This document shows, piece after piece, positions 30,372 through 41,301 of a DNA stretch of 64,000 bases. The position numbers and the translations under genes are program-made. The stretch comes from Candidatus Latescibacterota bacterium. GTDB lineage: Bacteria > Latescibacterota > UBA2968 > GCA-2709665. The notes under the pieces were generated by a model, which worked only from the letters and a program-made list of their open reading frames with translations, did not search any database and had not been told where the DNA came from. The stretch covers positions 32,001 through 96,000 of the forward strand of contig CAXXJS010000016.1 of NCBI GenBank assembly GCA_963662665.2, given 5' to 3'. Positions within the stretch are counted from its first letter, which is position 1, and every line of letters begins with the position of its first letter.

Positions 30372-31388
30372 TTACACGCGGGCAGCGGCCTCAGGTTCCC
30401 CTGCGCCGGAGGCGCAGCCAGCGAAATAGGGCGCTTCAGGCCCACCGCTGTCGGCCGATCGGTTGGCTGCAAGGGTTACGTCGAGTGAACGTACGCCGTC
30501 CTCATAGTCCGATAGAACGGCCGATCCGTCGCCCGTTCGAATGGCGTTTATAAACACCTCGTCGATATCTCCGGAATCGCTCTGAACCGGCCCCGGGTCT
30601 GCCGCGGATTCAGGATGCACTACCAGACCATCCGTCCCGAACTCCGCCCGCATGTTTTTCAGCACGAACGACATGAGGCCGGTCCCGCCGCCCTCTCGAA
30701 ACGTGCACGTGGACGTCAACGAGCCGATTGCCCCCGTCTCAAACTTCAGGTTAATCGCGTGTACATCCGGAATATCCAGGTCTTCTTCGTCATCCAGGGT
30801 ACGTAACGCGTAATAGGCGTGCACTTCCTCCACCTCACCCACAAGATAGCGAAGCAGATCCACCTGGTGGGTGGTCTGCTCGACAATCTGTCCGCCCGAT
30901 TGCGCCATCACGCGCCACCACGGTGTTCCCGGCAGCCCGCCCCATCTGTGGACAGCCGCCATCCCGATAACCCGGCCGTCCAGAAACGCCTTCGCCTGCT
31001 GCACGATACCGGAATACCGCAACTGATATCCCACGCAAGTCAAAACGCCGGCCTCCCGCACGCCCTCCAGAATTTCGAGGGCCTTCTCCATTGTGGGTGC
31101 CACGGGTTTTTCCACGAACAGATGCACGCCCCGCTGAGCCGCCAGAATCTCGGCATCGGTATGCGCAAACGTAGGGACGCTGACATACAGGGCCGAAAGA
31201 GATTCAACGTCCAGCATCTTCCGATGGTCGGTATACGCCCTCGCGCCATATTCGCCCGCCACGCGCTCGGCGGTTTCCCCGATCACATCGCAAATCGCCG
31301 CGATGTCCACGTCCTCAATCCCCCGCAGCCCCCGCATATGCGACCTCGCACGACCCCCAGCGCCCACAAACCCTACCTTAATTGCCAA
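30372..31388 (-). CDS. Gfo/Idh/MocA family oxidoreductase
   Basis: VGFVGAG, FVEKP, GGQIVEQTTH.VD. Confidence 0.9.
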   Translation of the reverse strand: MAIKVGFVGAGGRARSHMRGLRGIEDVDIAAICDVIGETAERVAGEYGARAYTDHRKMLDVESLSALYVSVPTFAHTDAEILAAQRGVHLFVEKPVAPTMEKALEILEGVREAGVLTCVGYQLRYSGIVQQAKAFLDGRVIGMAAVHRWGGLPGTPWWRVMAQSGGQIVEQTTHQVDLLRYLVGEVEEVHAYYALRTLDDEEDLDIPDVHAINLKFETGAIGSLTSTCTFREGGGTGLMSFVLKNMRAEFGTDGLVVHPESAADPGPVQSDSGDIDEVFINAIRTGDGSAVLSDYEDGVRSLDVTLAANRSADSGGPEAPYFAGCASGAGEPEAAARV

Positions 31389-31581
31389 AACACCTCCCTG
31401 AACGTGTGGTGATTGGATGCAAGAATTATAAAATTAGCCCGCCAGGACATGCGCTGTCAAGCGAAATCAACGACTCCCGGACGTACGTGTACGTGTTTTT
31501 GTCTTTGAAATACTGAGCCGCGATGTTTAACTTACCCGTGTAAAATTACATACCAACACCAGATCAAAAAGGATATGGCCC

Positions 31582-32622
31582 ATGCGAGTCGAGGACCTTG
31601 ATACGCCGGCGTTGACCATCGATCTTGACGTACTCTCGAAAAATATCCACGACCTGGCCGAGTCCTGCCGTAAACACGAAATCGACCTGCGCGTACACAC
31701 GAAAACCCACAAAATTCCGGAAATAGCCCGCTTGCAGTTGGACGCAGGCGCCACCGGCATTGTCTGTCAGAAGTTAGGCGAAGCGGAAGCCATGGCCCAC
31801 GCGGGAATCACCGACATTCTTATCCCTTACAATATCGTTGGCGCCATAAAGGTGGAACGCCTTGTCCGCCTTCGTAAACGGGCAAAGGTCACTGTCGCCC
31901 TGGATTCCGAGACAACGGCGCGCGGCATATCCGAACGGGCCGGGAACCCGGAAATCCCTGTCTTGATCGAACTGGATACCGGCGGCAACCGATGCGGTGT
32001 CCAGTCTCCGGAAGCCGCGCTGGAATTGGCGCGAAAAGTCGTTGCACTGCCCGGCCTGCACTTCCAGGGCATCATGACGTATCCCAGCCGGGTGCAGGCT
32101 GAACCATTCCTGACGCGAACACGAACACTGCTCGAGGCCGCGGGCATCCAGGCGCCTGTCGTCAGCGGAGGCGGGACCGGAAGCGAAGCCGTCTCGAAAC
32201 AGATCGGCTGCACCGAAACCCGTATCGGCTCCTACGTATTTGAGGGGATGCGCCGAATCAATCACACGGACAACCCCCCGAACCCAAAAACCTGCGCCGA
32301 ACGCGTGGTCGTGACCGTCGTCAGCACGCCCGCCCCCGAACGCATTATTGTGGACGGCGGCCAGAAAACCTTCACGAGCTATCCCCCCATTCCGTACGGA
32401 TACATCGTGGAACGGCCAAACGCCAGAATCTACGGAATGTCCGTAGAACATGGCCATATCGACGTCAGCGCCTGCGACCATACGTTCCAGGTGGGGGAAC
32501 GTCTTTCGGTAATCCCCCAGCACCAGGGCATGACCACCAACCTGCACGATACCGCATACGCCGTTAGGAACGGGGTCGTGGAAGCCGTCTGGACCGTTGC
32601 AGGCCGCGGCAGGGTGCAATAG
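31582..32622 (+). CDS. PLP-dependent D-threonine aldolase / D-serine dehydratase-like enzyme (fold type III)
   Basis: DTPAL, RVHTKTHK, ELDTGGNRCG, DGGQK, SVEHG. Confidence 0.88.
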   Translation: MRVEDLDTPALTIDLDVLSKNIHDLAESCRKHEIDLRVHTKTHKIPEIARLQLDAGATGIVCQKLGEAEAMAHAGITDILIPYNIVGAIKVERLVRLRKRAKVTVALDSETTARGISERAGNPEIPVLIELDTGGNRCGVQSPEAALELARKVVALPGLHFQGIMTYPSRVQAEPFLTRTRTLLEAAGIQAPVVSGGGTGSEAVSKQIGCTETRIGSYVFEGMRRINHTDNPPNPKTCAERVVVTVVSTPAPERIIVDGGQKTFTSYPPIPYGYIVERPNARIYGMSVEHGHIDVSACDHTFQVGERLSVIPQHQGMTTNLHDTAYAVRNGVVEAVWTVAGRGRVQ

Positions 32623-32734
32623 GTACGCAATTCGAGTCGGTAGTAAGCCCGCAGCCTCATTACACGCCTTAATCCGGGTCGGATTGACAGGTACGGGCGA
32701 TTCCTGCGTAAAACTCAAAATAAGGAGTTGCGAT

Positions 32735-33628
32735 ATGCGCCAGGTGCAGTGGGAACGGATGTTCCCCGACCAGTTGGAAGCCGCCTATGAAGCATGCCCG
32801 CTCGTCTACTTCCCATACGGTCTTTGCGAACCCCACGGCCCGCACGATGCGGTCGGCCTGGATGGTCTGAAGGCGCATGGAATTGCCTGCGAGGCCGCCC
32901 GCGCACACGGCGGTATTGTGGCCCCGCCGGACTTCTGGCACATACACGAGCTCGGTGGGTATGCGCTGTGGCTTGAGCGCACGGTGGGTCAGGCGCAACG
33001 CTCGTGGATGACCTGCATGCCGCCCTGGCAGCATTTCAAGAACATTTGCTACCATATCCGCATGGCCGACCACCTTCGCTTCCACGCCGCCATCTTCCTT
33101 ACTGGCCACTACGGCCCAAACTGGAAAGACCTCAAAACGCTCATCGACCTGGTACAACCCCACGTGGGCACCCGGCTTTACGGCCTGCCGGACCACGAAG
33201 CCAATCAGCCCGGCTTCGACAACGACGGCCGGAGCGGCGGCGACCATGCCGGAAAGGTGGAAACCTCGCTTCTCTGGGCGCTCCATCCGGACTGCGTGGA
33301 CGTCTCCCGGCTACCACCCGAAGATGCCCCCGGTCCTCATTTCGCAATGGGGCCCACGGTCCGGCAGTCCGACCGCAGCGTTGGCGAGCGCATGGTGGCC
33401 GACGAAGTGCGCTGGCTGGGCAAAAAGGCAGAGGAACTGCTCCAGGATTACAAAGAAAGGAACCCGCGCCACAGCCTGCAAACCTACGAAGACGTGGAAG
33501 TCCTGTGGGAAACCGTGGTTAGCCCCGCACTTCCCGGGTTCGAGACCATGCAGAACAGCTGGACGGGCGAAAGCCTGCCCGGGACATCCGTCTGGCATCC
33601 CAACTGGCGCGTGCCCGCTCGAGGATAG
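32735..33628 (+). CDS. Creatininase-family amidohydrolase
   Basis: PYGLCEPHGPH...GLD, TGHYG, DHAGKVETS; TAAGGAG RBS before ATG 32735. Confidence 0.85.
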   Translation: MRQVQWERMFPDQLEAAYEACPLVYFPYGLCEPHGPHDAVGLDGLKAHGIACEAARAHGGIVAPPDFWHIHELGGYALWLERTVGQAQRSWMTCMPPWQHFKNICYHIRMADHLRFHAAIFLTGHYGPNWKDLKTLIDLVQPHVGTRLYGLPDHEANQPGFDNDGRSGGDHAGKVETSLLWALHPDCVDVSRLPPEDAPGPHFAMGPTVRQSDRSVGERMVADEVRWLGKKAEELLQDYKERNPRHSLQTYEDVEVLWETVVSPALPGFETMQNSWTGESLPGTSVWHPNWRVPARG

Positions 33629-33694
33629 CGCCGTCTCGTTCGAATCCCTGAGACGGAAAAAGCGGCTCCGGTTGCTACACGCGCGTCGATCCGT

Positions 33695-34078
33695 TCATTC
33701 CTCCCGCTCCAGCAGCTCGATCTCGTATCCGTCGGGGTCGTCCACAAAGGCCATCTTCCGTCCACCCGGAAACGTCTCACGCCAATCGCCGGGCCAGACG
33801 TCGATACCCTTGCTCTCGAGGCCGTCGCAAAACGCGATGAGATCCGGCACGCCGATTGCAAAATGCATCAGATCCTCCGGGACGTTCAGTACGTAATCGT
33901 CCGAATAGGTCAGTTCGAGCGTATGGGCATTGCCCGGCAACTCCAGGTGCATAATCTGGTTTCCCGCCGGTGACTTCTCAGACCTGCTTTTCACCACGAA
34001 ACCGAAATGGTCGCAATAGAACGCCGCCGACCGGTCCAGGTCGCTCACCCGTATCCTGGTGTGGAGAAATACCGCCAT
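33695..34078 (-). CDS. VOC family protein, lactoylglutathione-lyase-like
   Basis: FLHTRIRVSDL, LELTY, HFAI, DPDGYEIEL. Confidence 0.88.
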   Translation of the reverse strand: MAVFLHTRIRVSDLDRSAAFYCDHFGFVVKSRSEKSPAGNQIMHLELPGNAHTLELTYSDDYVLNVPEDLMHFAIGVPDLIAFCDGLESKGIDVWPGDWRETFPGGRKMAFVDDPDGYEIELLEREE

Positions 34079-34168
34079 CGCAGGCTCCTTTCTTCAAATC
34101 GGTATCCGCTGGACCGAAACCCCTGACGGTCCAAAAAAAAGACAGCCAGTAGCTGCCCCTCCGCCTGT

Positions 34169-34322
34169 CAATCCGTTGATAAAGTCGCTCTGCAGGCGAG
34201 GCATTGTGGCCGAAGACAATGCGCGCGACCACGTGGAATCCGGGGATTCGGGGAGAGAGCGCAACGCGGTAATTCGGCCACAAGGGCCGGACGCAGCCCG
34301 GATGGACTTTCTCAACGGGCTG
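34169..34322. mobile_element. MITE copy A (non-autonomous element with terminal inverted repeats)
   Basis: TIRs CAATCCGTTGATAAAGTC / GACTTTCTCAACGGGCTG; reverse-complement homolog of 48620-48778. Confidence 0.8.
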
Positions 34323-34344
34323 CTATACCCTTCGTCCTGTAATC

Positions 34345-34725
34345 CTACGCCGTTATCGGCGAAACAGGATTGCCCCCGTCCTTTCTGACCGGCGGTCGGT
34401 TAGTTTCCACTTCGACACCCAGCGCCTGGCGCACTTGCCGTATCGCCTGAAGGTAATATTTCCGCACCGTACTCTTGGAGACCGAAAGCAACATCGCGAT
34501 TTCGGCCATGGACTTGCCTTGCGAGCGCAGCAGCAATACCTCGTACTTGCGGCCGGTCAACGTGGGTTCGATTGCGTTTCTGACGGCGTCCAGTTTTTCG
34601 ACGTCGAAATCCGAATTTGCATACGGATCGGGATCGAGCGAATGCCGGAGAATGAATGACAACGGCACGGTCTCCGTTCGGGGATGACACCGTTCCGTCA
34701 CCGTGTTGTATCGGGGTCCTCGCAT
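34345..34725 (-). CDS. Small LuxR/sigma-70 region-4-like HTH protein
   Basis: LTGRKYEVLLL..QGKSMAEIA.LL.VSKSTV. Confidence 0.7.
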   Translation of the reverse strand: MRGPRYNTVTERCHPRTETVPLSFILRHSLDPDPYANSDFDVEKLDAVRNAIEPTLTGRKYEVLLLRSQGKSMAEIAMLLSVSKSTVRKYYLQAIRQVRQALGVEVETNRPPVRKDGGNPVSPITA

Positions 34726-34962
34726 ATCGGATCCTGGCTCCGTGACTGACCGTTGGCTTCCGACGCGTTGCCGGCGCTTTCTTGCACGTCGACAATTTAG
34801 CGTGTTCCCCTCTTTCAGGCAAGCGAAAACTCGCCGTGCCTGTTTTCATTTAGTTCGGTCTTTTTAATCCATCGATTTCCGGACCGGCTGCAGCAACGCG
34901 TCAGTTGTTGCTCCATCGCCGTGTCGCCCACAGAGCAGAACAGGTGGCGCTGCCACCTCACG

Positions 34963-35895
34963 TTAAACCAGAGGGCGACGTGTGAGGCCCAGCCCGTCTG
35001 CAACCTGTAACACCCGCTCATTCAACCTTTCCGCGTGCAATAGCGTTTCAGGTTCGGGCGTCATGGCAAGGCTGCGCACGAATGAATGCCCGATGATACC
35101 CCGCGCGGCCAACAACTGTTTCTCCACCACCAGGTACAGCTCCATATCCTGCAGTGAGAAGACGATCTGCGCCAGGATCCCGTCGAACACGTCCAGTGCG
35201 CCGTCGACGTCGCCTGCCGACCCGAGTTCCCAGATCCGATTCATCACGTCCGCGTGCCCAAGCCCGGGCATAACGCCGGCGATGCCCCAATCGAACAGAT
35301 CCGGCATATACATTCCTCCCCAACCCTCAAGCACTGCCACCTGATCGCCCGTTGCCTCCCGAATCCCCCGAAGCTTGCGACCAAGAAGCGGCTCCTCCAG
35401 CTTAATGTACCTGAAATTTCCGCAGGTCTCGCGAAGTCGCCTGCAGAACCTCCCGTCGACTGTCGGACCGCCCGGATTGAAATCCTGTATAAGTATGGGG
35501 ACGTCCACGGCGTCACAGATGGTCCGGCAATACGTAAGCAGGTCCGCTTCCATTGTGCCAAACTGCCTTGGGATTGCAAAACTGATCACGTCGGCGCCGG
35601 CATCGGCGTTTGCCAGGGCGAAACTTGCCGCCTGCCTCGCCGAAGGGTGGTTTGACTGGCCCACCACCGGAATCCTTCCGTCGGCGGCTGCCACCGCTGT
35701 CCGGACAACCGCGAGCCGTTCTCGTCCGGACAGCTTGTAAAACTCGCTCGCATATGCAGGCAGACACACCGCCCCGATCCCGAATGCCACCGCCGCCTCC
35801 ACCTGCCGGCCGATATCTTCGAACACGATTTCTTCACGTTCATCAAACGGCGTTACCAGCACTGCCACGACCCCACGGATATCGCCCAAGGCCAT
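34963..35895 (-). CDS. Dihydrodipicolinate-synthase-family aldolase/lyase (not true DapA)
   Basis: VLVTPFD, ASEFYKLS..ER, GRIPVV, YIKLE Schiff-base Lys. Confidence 0.85.
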   Translation of the reverse strand: MALGDIRGVVAVLVTPFDEREEIVFEDIGRQVEAAVAFGIGAVCLPAYASEFYKLSGRERLAVVRTAVAAADGRIPVVGQSNHPSARQAASFALANADAGADVISFAIPRQFGTMEADLLTYCRTICDAVDVPILIQDFNPGGPTVDGRFCRRLRETCGNFRYIKLEEPLLGRKLRGIREATGDQVAVLEGWGGMYMPDLFDWGIAGVMPGLGHADVMNRIWELGSAGDVDGALDVFDGILAQIVFSLQDMELYLVVEKQLLAARGIIGHSFVRSLAMTPEPETLLHAERLNERVLQVADGLGLTRRPLV

Positions 35896-36028
35896 ATAGA
35901 TCCTCCAAAATTGTAGTATTGAGCCGCCGAATCCGTCCTGCGGGGGTGGTCGCAAGAAAAGGACGGATCTGCCACGACGGGACATGGAATACCCGGAAGC
36001 AACACAGTAAACGCGACGCCGGTGGCGG

Positions 36029-36057
36029 TTGACACTGAAACGGGGATGTGTTAGATT
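36029..36057 (+). promoter_or_regulatory. Putative promoter of rel
   Basis: TTGACA-17-TAGATT with TG extension. Confidence 0.55.
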
Positions 36058-36270
36058 GTATTCCCGAGAGGTTTTCGCTAAAAGACTGTCCTGAATGTGT
36101 GACACCAACAGTGATGGTTACGCGGGCAAGCTGGCGCGGCGTATTGGATTGCGGGGCGACGCCTGCAGGCGTTATCGAGCGCTGGCTGAACGGCCGCCGG
36201 CGTCCATCGAACGGACAGCCGTGGCAGGATCTCAGCGGGAATTACCACGGGCGTTGACCAATCAAATCCA

Positions 36271-38487
36271 ATGGAGGTCTCCGTGATGTTGCAAACGGAT
36301 GGATCCAGGACCCTCCCGGCCATCGAAGCCATCGTCGAACGCGAGGCGAATTTTCCGGAATTGCAGAACCTGCTCCGGGCTTCCCTGGACATACGTCCGA
36401 ACCAGAATCTTCAGCTCATCTCCAAAGCCTACCACTTCGCCGAACTCGCTCATCGCGACCAGCGCCGCAAATCGGGCGATCCTGCCATTTCTCACGTCGT
36501 GGCCGTCTGCCGCATCCTGATCGACCTCGGTCTGGACTCCGCGACCGTCGCCGCGGGCCTGTTACACGACGTTGTCGACGAAACCCGTGTTCCGCATTCC
36601 CAGATCGAATCTCATTTCGGGGCGGAAATTGCCAGCCTGGTGGATGGTGTTTCCAAGATCAAAGACTTTTCCTTCCACAGCCATGGAGCAGAACAGGCCG
36701 AGAATTTCCGCAAGATGCTGCTCTCCATGGCACGGGACATCCGTGTGGTTCTCGTCAAATTGGCGGACCGGCTCCACAACATGCGCACCCTGAAATATTT
36801 GCGTCCGGAAAGTCAGGAGCGCATGGTTTACGAGAGTCGCGACATTTATGCGCCTCTTGCCCACCGGCTGGGCATGTCCCGGATTCGGGCGGAACTGGAA
36901 GACCTCAGCCTCAAGTGGCTGGAACCGAAAGCTTACCGGTATATCCAGGAAAAGATCAACCTGACGCGCGAAGAGCGTGAGGCATGCATCGAAGCGGTGC
37001 AGAGACCGCTCTCGGAGGCCCTCAACAAAGCGGGGATTCACGCCGACATGACGGGCCGCTCGAAGAATTTCAGCAGCATCTACAAGAAAATGAACGTGCG
37101 TGGAAGAGCCTTCAATGAGATCTACGATCTTCTGGCGCTTCGAATCCTGGTGGAAACCATACCGGAATGCTACAACGTCCTGGGCCTCGTCCACACCATG
37201 TATCCGCCCGTCATCGCCCGCTTCAAAGACTTTATCGCCACGCCCAAGAGCAACATGTACCAGTCGCTTCACACCACAATTGTCGGTCCCGAGGGCATGA
37301 TGCTGGAGGTGCAGATCCGCACGCGGGAGATGCATCAGACCGCAGAGGTGGGCATTGCGGCCCACTGGCTTTACAAGGAGGGCAAACGCGGGCCCACCGA
37401 GATGGACCGCCATATGGCCTGGCTGCGCAGCATTCTGGAGTGGCAGCGCGAGACCAGCGATCCACAGGAGTTCATGGATGACCTCAAGGTGGACCTCTTT
37501 CCAAACGAAATCTACGTTTTTACCCCCAAAGGCGACCTGATCCAGCTACCGGAAGGGGCTACGCCTCTGGATTTTGCATTTGCGGTACACACGGACGTGG
37601 GATTGCGTTGTATCGGCAGCCGGGTGGACGAACAGATGGTGTCCCTGTCTACGCCACTGCAAACGGGCAGTACCGTTGAGGTGATTACCTCACCGCACCA
37701 GAGGCCCAACCGGGACTGGCTCGATTTTGTTAAAAGCGCCAAAGCACGCAGCCGCATCAGACGATGGTTACGCGAAGAGGAGTATTCCCAGAGTGTCAGG
37801 CTTGGCCAGGACATGCTGGACCGCGAACTCAAGCGGCGACGCAAACGCACGGCCGGAGAGAAACTGGAAGCGGCAGCCGCACACTTCAACCTGCAGGACG
37901 TTCAGCATCTCTACGCCAACCTGGGCAATGGAACCCTTTCACTGGAGCGCGTCGCACATCAGATTTTTCCCGCGGCCCGCCCCACGCCCAGACGCCAGCG
38001 CCCGGAATCAAAGAAAAACGGACGCGGGAACCCCGTTGTCATTCATAGCCTGAATCACCTGATGACCCAGTTCGCCCGCTGCTGCCAGCCCATATACGGC
38101 GATGTCGTTCTTGGCGTAATCACACGGGGCAAAGGAATATCGGTTCACAGGAGGGACTGCCGCAACATTGAGAATCTGGCGGAAGGTCGCGACCGCCTGG
38201 TCGACGTTGACTGGAATTCCGATGAGGAGACGGCCTTTGCCGTACAGATACGGGTCAATGGAGTCGATCGCCCCAATTTCCTCCGGGACATCAGCCACGT
38301 CATATCCAAGCTGGGCATTCCGATTGTGGAAGGAAAGCTGAACACAACCGGCGGGCAGGTCGGCAACCGGTTCACCGTAGAGGTCAGAAACGTCAATCAG
38401 CTTCGAGACCTGCGGGATAAGATCCTCTCCGTGTCCGGCGTCTCGTCCGTTCAGCGCATAAACGGCAGTTCGGACGACGTCCTGTAG
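36271..38487 (+). CDS. rel: Long RelA/SpoT homolog (HD-SYNTH-TGS-ZFD-ACT)
   Basis: KLADRLHNMRTL, YAPLAHRLG, YQSLHTT, EVQIRT, AAHW.YK, VFTPKGD, RCCQPI. Confidence 0.95.
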   Translation: MEVSVMLQTDGSRTLPAIEAIVEREANFPELQNLLRASLDIRPNQNLQLISKAYHFAELAHRDQRRKSGDPAISHVVAVCRILIDLGLDSATVAAGLLHDVVDETRVPHSQIESHFGAEIASLVDGVSKIKDFSFHSHGAEQAENFRKMLLSMARDIRVVLVKLADRLHNMRTLKYLRPESQERMVYESRDIYAPLAHRLGMSRIRAELEDLSLKWLEPKAYRYIQEKINLTREEREACIEAVQRPLSEALNKAGIHADMTGRSKNFSSIYKKMNVRGRAFNEIYDLLALRILVETIPECYNVLGLVHTMYPPVIARFKDFIATPKSNMYQSLHTTIVGPEGMMLEVQIRTREMHQTAEVGIAAHWLYKEGKRGPTEMDRHMAWLRSILEWQRETSDPQEFMDDLKVDLFPNEIYVFTPKGDLIQLPEGATPLDFAFAVHTDVGLRCIGSRVDEQMVSLSTPLQTGSTVEVITSPHQRPNRDWLDFVKSAKARSRIRRWLREEEYSQSVRLGQDMLDRELKRRRKRTAGEKLEAAAAHFNLQDVQHLYANLGNGTLSLERVAHQIFPAARPTPRRQRPESKKNGRGNPVVIHSLNHLMTQFARCCQPIYGDVVLGVITRGKGISVHRRDCRNIENLAEGRDRLVDVDWNSDEETAFAVQIRVNGVDRPNFLRDISHVISKLGIPIVEGKLNTTGGQVGNRFTVEVRNVNQLRDLRDKILSVSGVSSVQRINGSSDDVL

Positions 38488-38547
38488 ACAGACTGGAAAC
38501 GAACCGGTATACCAGTGTGCTTGCCCTGAGTTCCGGGGTGCCACGAG

Positions 38548-41190
38548 TCAGCACCTGTTATTGCTGTCTTCTATCTCCTTTTTCCACCGATCGAGAATCA
38601 CGAGCGCCTCAAGTGGCGTGGTATTACCCAAATCCAGACCGCGCAACTCGCACAGGACCGGACTTTCCGGAGGCAGGTCAAACAAATTCATCTGCCCGTT
38701 GGCGACGCCAGGTTCACGAATCACGGTAGCCTGCGTTTTTTTTCCCGTCGCAGTGAGATCGTTCTCTTCCAGTTTGCGCAACACTTCGCGGGCTCGTGCG
38801 ATCAGTTCGCGGGGCATTCCAGCAAGCCGCGCCACCTCGATGCCGTAACTGTGGTCGCATCCACCGGGCACCAGCCGGTGCAGAAACGTCACGTTGTCGC
38901 CTTCCTTCCTGACCGCCACGCTGTAATTCCTCACCCTCGGCAGCATTTCCTCGAGTTCCGTCATTTCATGGTAGTGCGTGGCGAACAACGTGCGGGGCTG
39001 TATAGCCGCTGTATTGTGTAAATATTCCGTCATCGCCCAGGCGATGCTGAGTCCGTCAAATGTACTGGTGCCCCGGCCGATTTCGTCCAGAAGCACCAGG
39101 CTCCTGGGGGTGGCGTTGTTCAGGATGTTGGCTGCTTCGTTCATTTCCACAAGAAACGTGGACTCACCCCGGGCAAGGTTGTCGGACGCCCCCACGCGCG
39201 TGAAAATGCGGTCCACTACCCCGACGCGCGCCGACGCCGCCGGAACAAAGCTGCCCAGCTGCGCCAGCAGAACAATCAGACCTATCTGTCTCAACATCGT
39301 GGATTTTCCGGCCATATTGGGACCCGTAATGATCAACACCTGTTCCTCGTCGCCATCCACGAAAAAATCGTTGGGCACAAACTTGCCGGTTGGCAGCAAC
39401 CCTTCGACCACGGGATGGCGGCCCTCCCGAATGGCGATTCCGGTGGACTCGTCCACTTCGGGCCGGACGAAGTCGTTTGCCGCGGCAACCTCTGCGAGGC
39501 AGGCCAGTACGTCGACCAACGCCACGGCGCGCGCCGTGCGCTGCACTTGGTCCACCCAGCCTTCCACTTCGACCCTGAGCTGCTGAAACAACTCCCTTTC
39601 CAGTTCCTTCGCTCGTTCGTCGGCGCCCAGAATCTTCGCTTCCCATTCTTTCAACGCCGGTGTAATGAAGCGCTCCGCGTTCACAAGGGTCTGCTTGCGC
39701 AGGTAGTCATCCGGAGCCTTCCGCATATTCGCCTTTGTAATTTCAATATAATACCCGAACGCCTTGTTGTACCCGACCTTGAGCGACGGAATGCCGGTGC
39801 GCTCCCGCTCTCTGGCCTGCAGTTCAGCCACCCACTGTCGGCCTCCGGAGGCCGCTTTGCGGAGTTCGTCCAGTTCACCGTTACGGCCCACCCTGATGAT
39901 GCCCCCTTCGCTCAACTGAACAGGTGGCTCGTCCACCACCGTACGACCGATGAGCTCGATCAGGTCGCTCAGATCCGGCATACCCTTACACCGTGCATTC
40001 ACCAGCAGGTCTGCCGTGGTCTCGGTCAGCGTGTCCCGCAGACCGGGTATTGCCTGCAGTGACGCCTTAAGCGCCACAAGGTCTCTCGGGCTGCAACGTC
40101 CGCAGCAGATGCGAGACATGAGACGCTCGAGGTCCCCAACCTGCTTCAGGGCGGAACGCACAGACTCCCGTCGGGCAGGATGCCGCACAAGGTCTTCCAC
40201 GGCATCCTGTCTCGCATCGATACTTGAAATATCCAGTAGCGGCTGGGAAAGCCATGACCTCAGGGTCCGCGCCCCCAACGCGGTGCACGTTCGGTCAAGC
40301 AACGACAGCAGCGTACCTTCCCGCCGGCCTTCCTGAATTGACGCAATCAGCTCCAGGTTCCGCTGGGTCACGAGGTCCAGCCCCATGAATGCGCCTTCGT
40401 GCTCCCGTGAGAGGCGCGTGATGTGAGTAACCGTACCCTTCTGGTTCTGCTTGAGGTACCCCATCACCGCCCCTGCCGCGCTGATGCCCACCGTCAACTG
40501 TTCGCAACCGAAGCCCTTCAACGAACTCACGCGAAAATGTTCCAGCAACAAGTCGTACGCATAGGCAAATCCGAAATGCCAGTCTTCCGCCCGAACGAGG
40601 AGCGCACCCGGCATACGATGCGCCATTGCACCCTCGTTTGCTTCGGCCCATGACTCGGATGCGAGCACCTCCGCAGGTCCTATTCGCTCCAGCACATCCC
40701 ACAGTTCATCCTCATCCCGTTCCATCACGCGAAAATCACCGGTAGACAGGTCCGTAACCGCAGCGCCGAGTCGGTTGGACTCAACCCAAAGACCCACCAG
40801 ATAGTTGTTTCGATTCTGATCCAGCAGGTTGTCCGAGAGCGCGGTACCTGGAGACACCACCTGGACGACCTCTCGCCGCACGACCGCCTTGCCTTTCTGC
40901 GGCGGCTCCATCTGTTCGCAAATGGCGACCTTCCGACCGGCCTTGATCAACCGGGCAAGGTATGTATCCAGCGCATGATGGGGTACACCGGCCATCGGAA
41001 CGCTATCGCCCCCCCGGCCGTTGTTTCGAGAAGTCAGCGTCAGCCCCAATAGGCCGGACACCTCTTTGGCGTCATCATAAAACGTCTCGTAGAAGTCCCC
41101 CATTCTGAACAGCAGTACGGCGTCTCTGTGTTCGTCCTTAAAACGCAGGTACTGTTCCATTGCCGGGGTGACATCTCTTGGCCTTGCCAT
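38548..41190 (-). CDS. mutS: DNA mismatch repair protein MutS
   Basis: TPAMEQY, FRMGDFYE, TGPNMAGKST, STFLVEM, DEIGRGTST, FATHYHE, SYGIEVA. Confidence 0.97.
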   Translation of the reverse strand: MARPRDVTPAMEQYLRFKDEHRDAVLLFRMGDFYETFYDDAKEVSGLLGLTLTSRNNGRGGDSVPMAGVPHHALDTYLARLIKAGRKVAICEQMEPPQKGKAVVRREVVQVVSPGTALSDNLLDQNRNNYLVGLWVESNRLGAAVTDLSTGDFRVMERDEDELWDVLERIGPAEVLASESWAEANEGAMAHRMPGALLVRAEDWHFGFAYAYDLLLEHFRVSSLKGFGCEQLTVGISAAGAVMGYLKQNQKGTVTHITRLSREHEGAFMGLDLVTQRNLELIASIQEGRREGTLLSLLDRTCTALGARTLRSWLSQPLLDISSIDARQDAVEDLVRHPARRESVRSALKQVGDLERLMSRICCGRCSPRDLVALKASLQAIPGLRDTLTETTADLLVNARCKGMPDLSDLIELIGRTVVDEPPVQLSEGGIIRVGRNGELDELRKAASGGRQWVAELQARERERTGIPSLKVGYNKAFGYYIEITKANMRKAPDDYLRKQTLVNAERFITPALKEWEAKILGADERAKELERELFQQLRVEVEGWVDQVQRTARAVALVDVLACLAEVAAANDFVRPEVDESTGIAIREGRHPVVEGLLPTGKFVPNDFFVDGDEEQVLIITGPNMAGKSTMLRQIGLIVLLAQLGSFVPAASARVGVVDRIFTRVGASDNLARGESTFLVEMNEAANILNNATPRSLVLLDEIGRGTSTFDGLSIAWAMTEYLHNTAAIQPRTLFATHYHEMTELEEMLPRVRNYSVAVRKEGDNVTFLHRLVPGGCDHSYGIEVARLAGMPRELIARAREVLRKLEENDLTATGKKTQATVIREPGVANGQMNLFDLPPESPVLCELRGLDLGNTTPLEALVILDRWKKEIEDSNNRC

Positions 41191-41301
41191 CTGACGTTTC
41201 CTAGTGTCGTTCAACAATCGTGCAATTCGCCACCCCGACCTCCTTTTCAACGCGGGGTTCTTCCCGTTCCGCGGCGGCCCGGTGGGCAATCGCGCCCGAG
41301 A

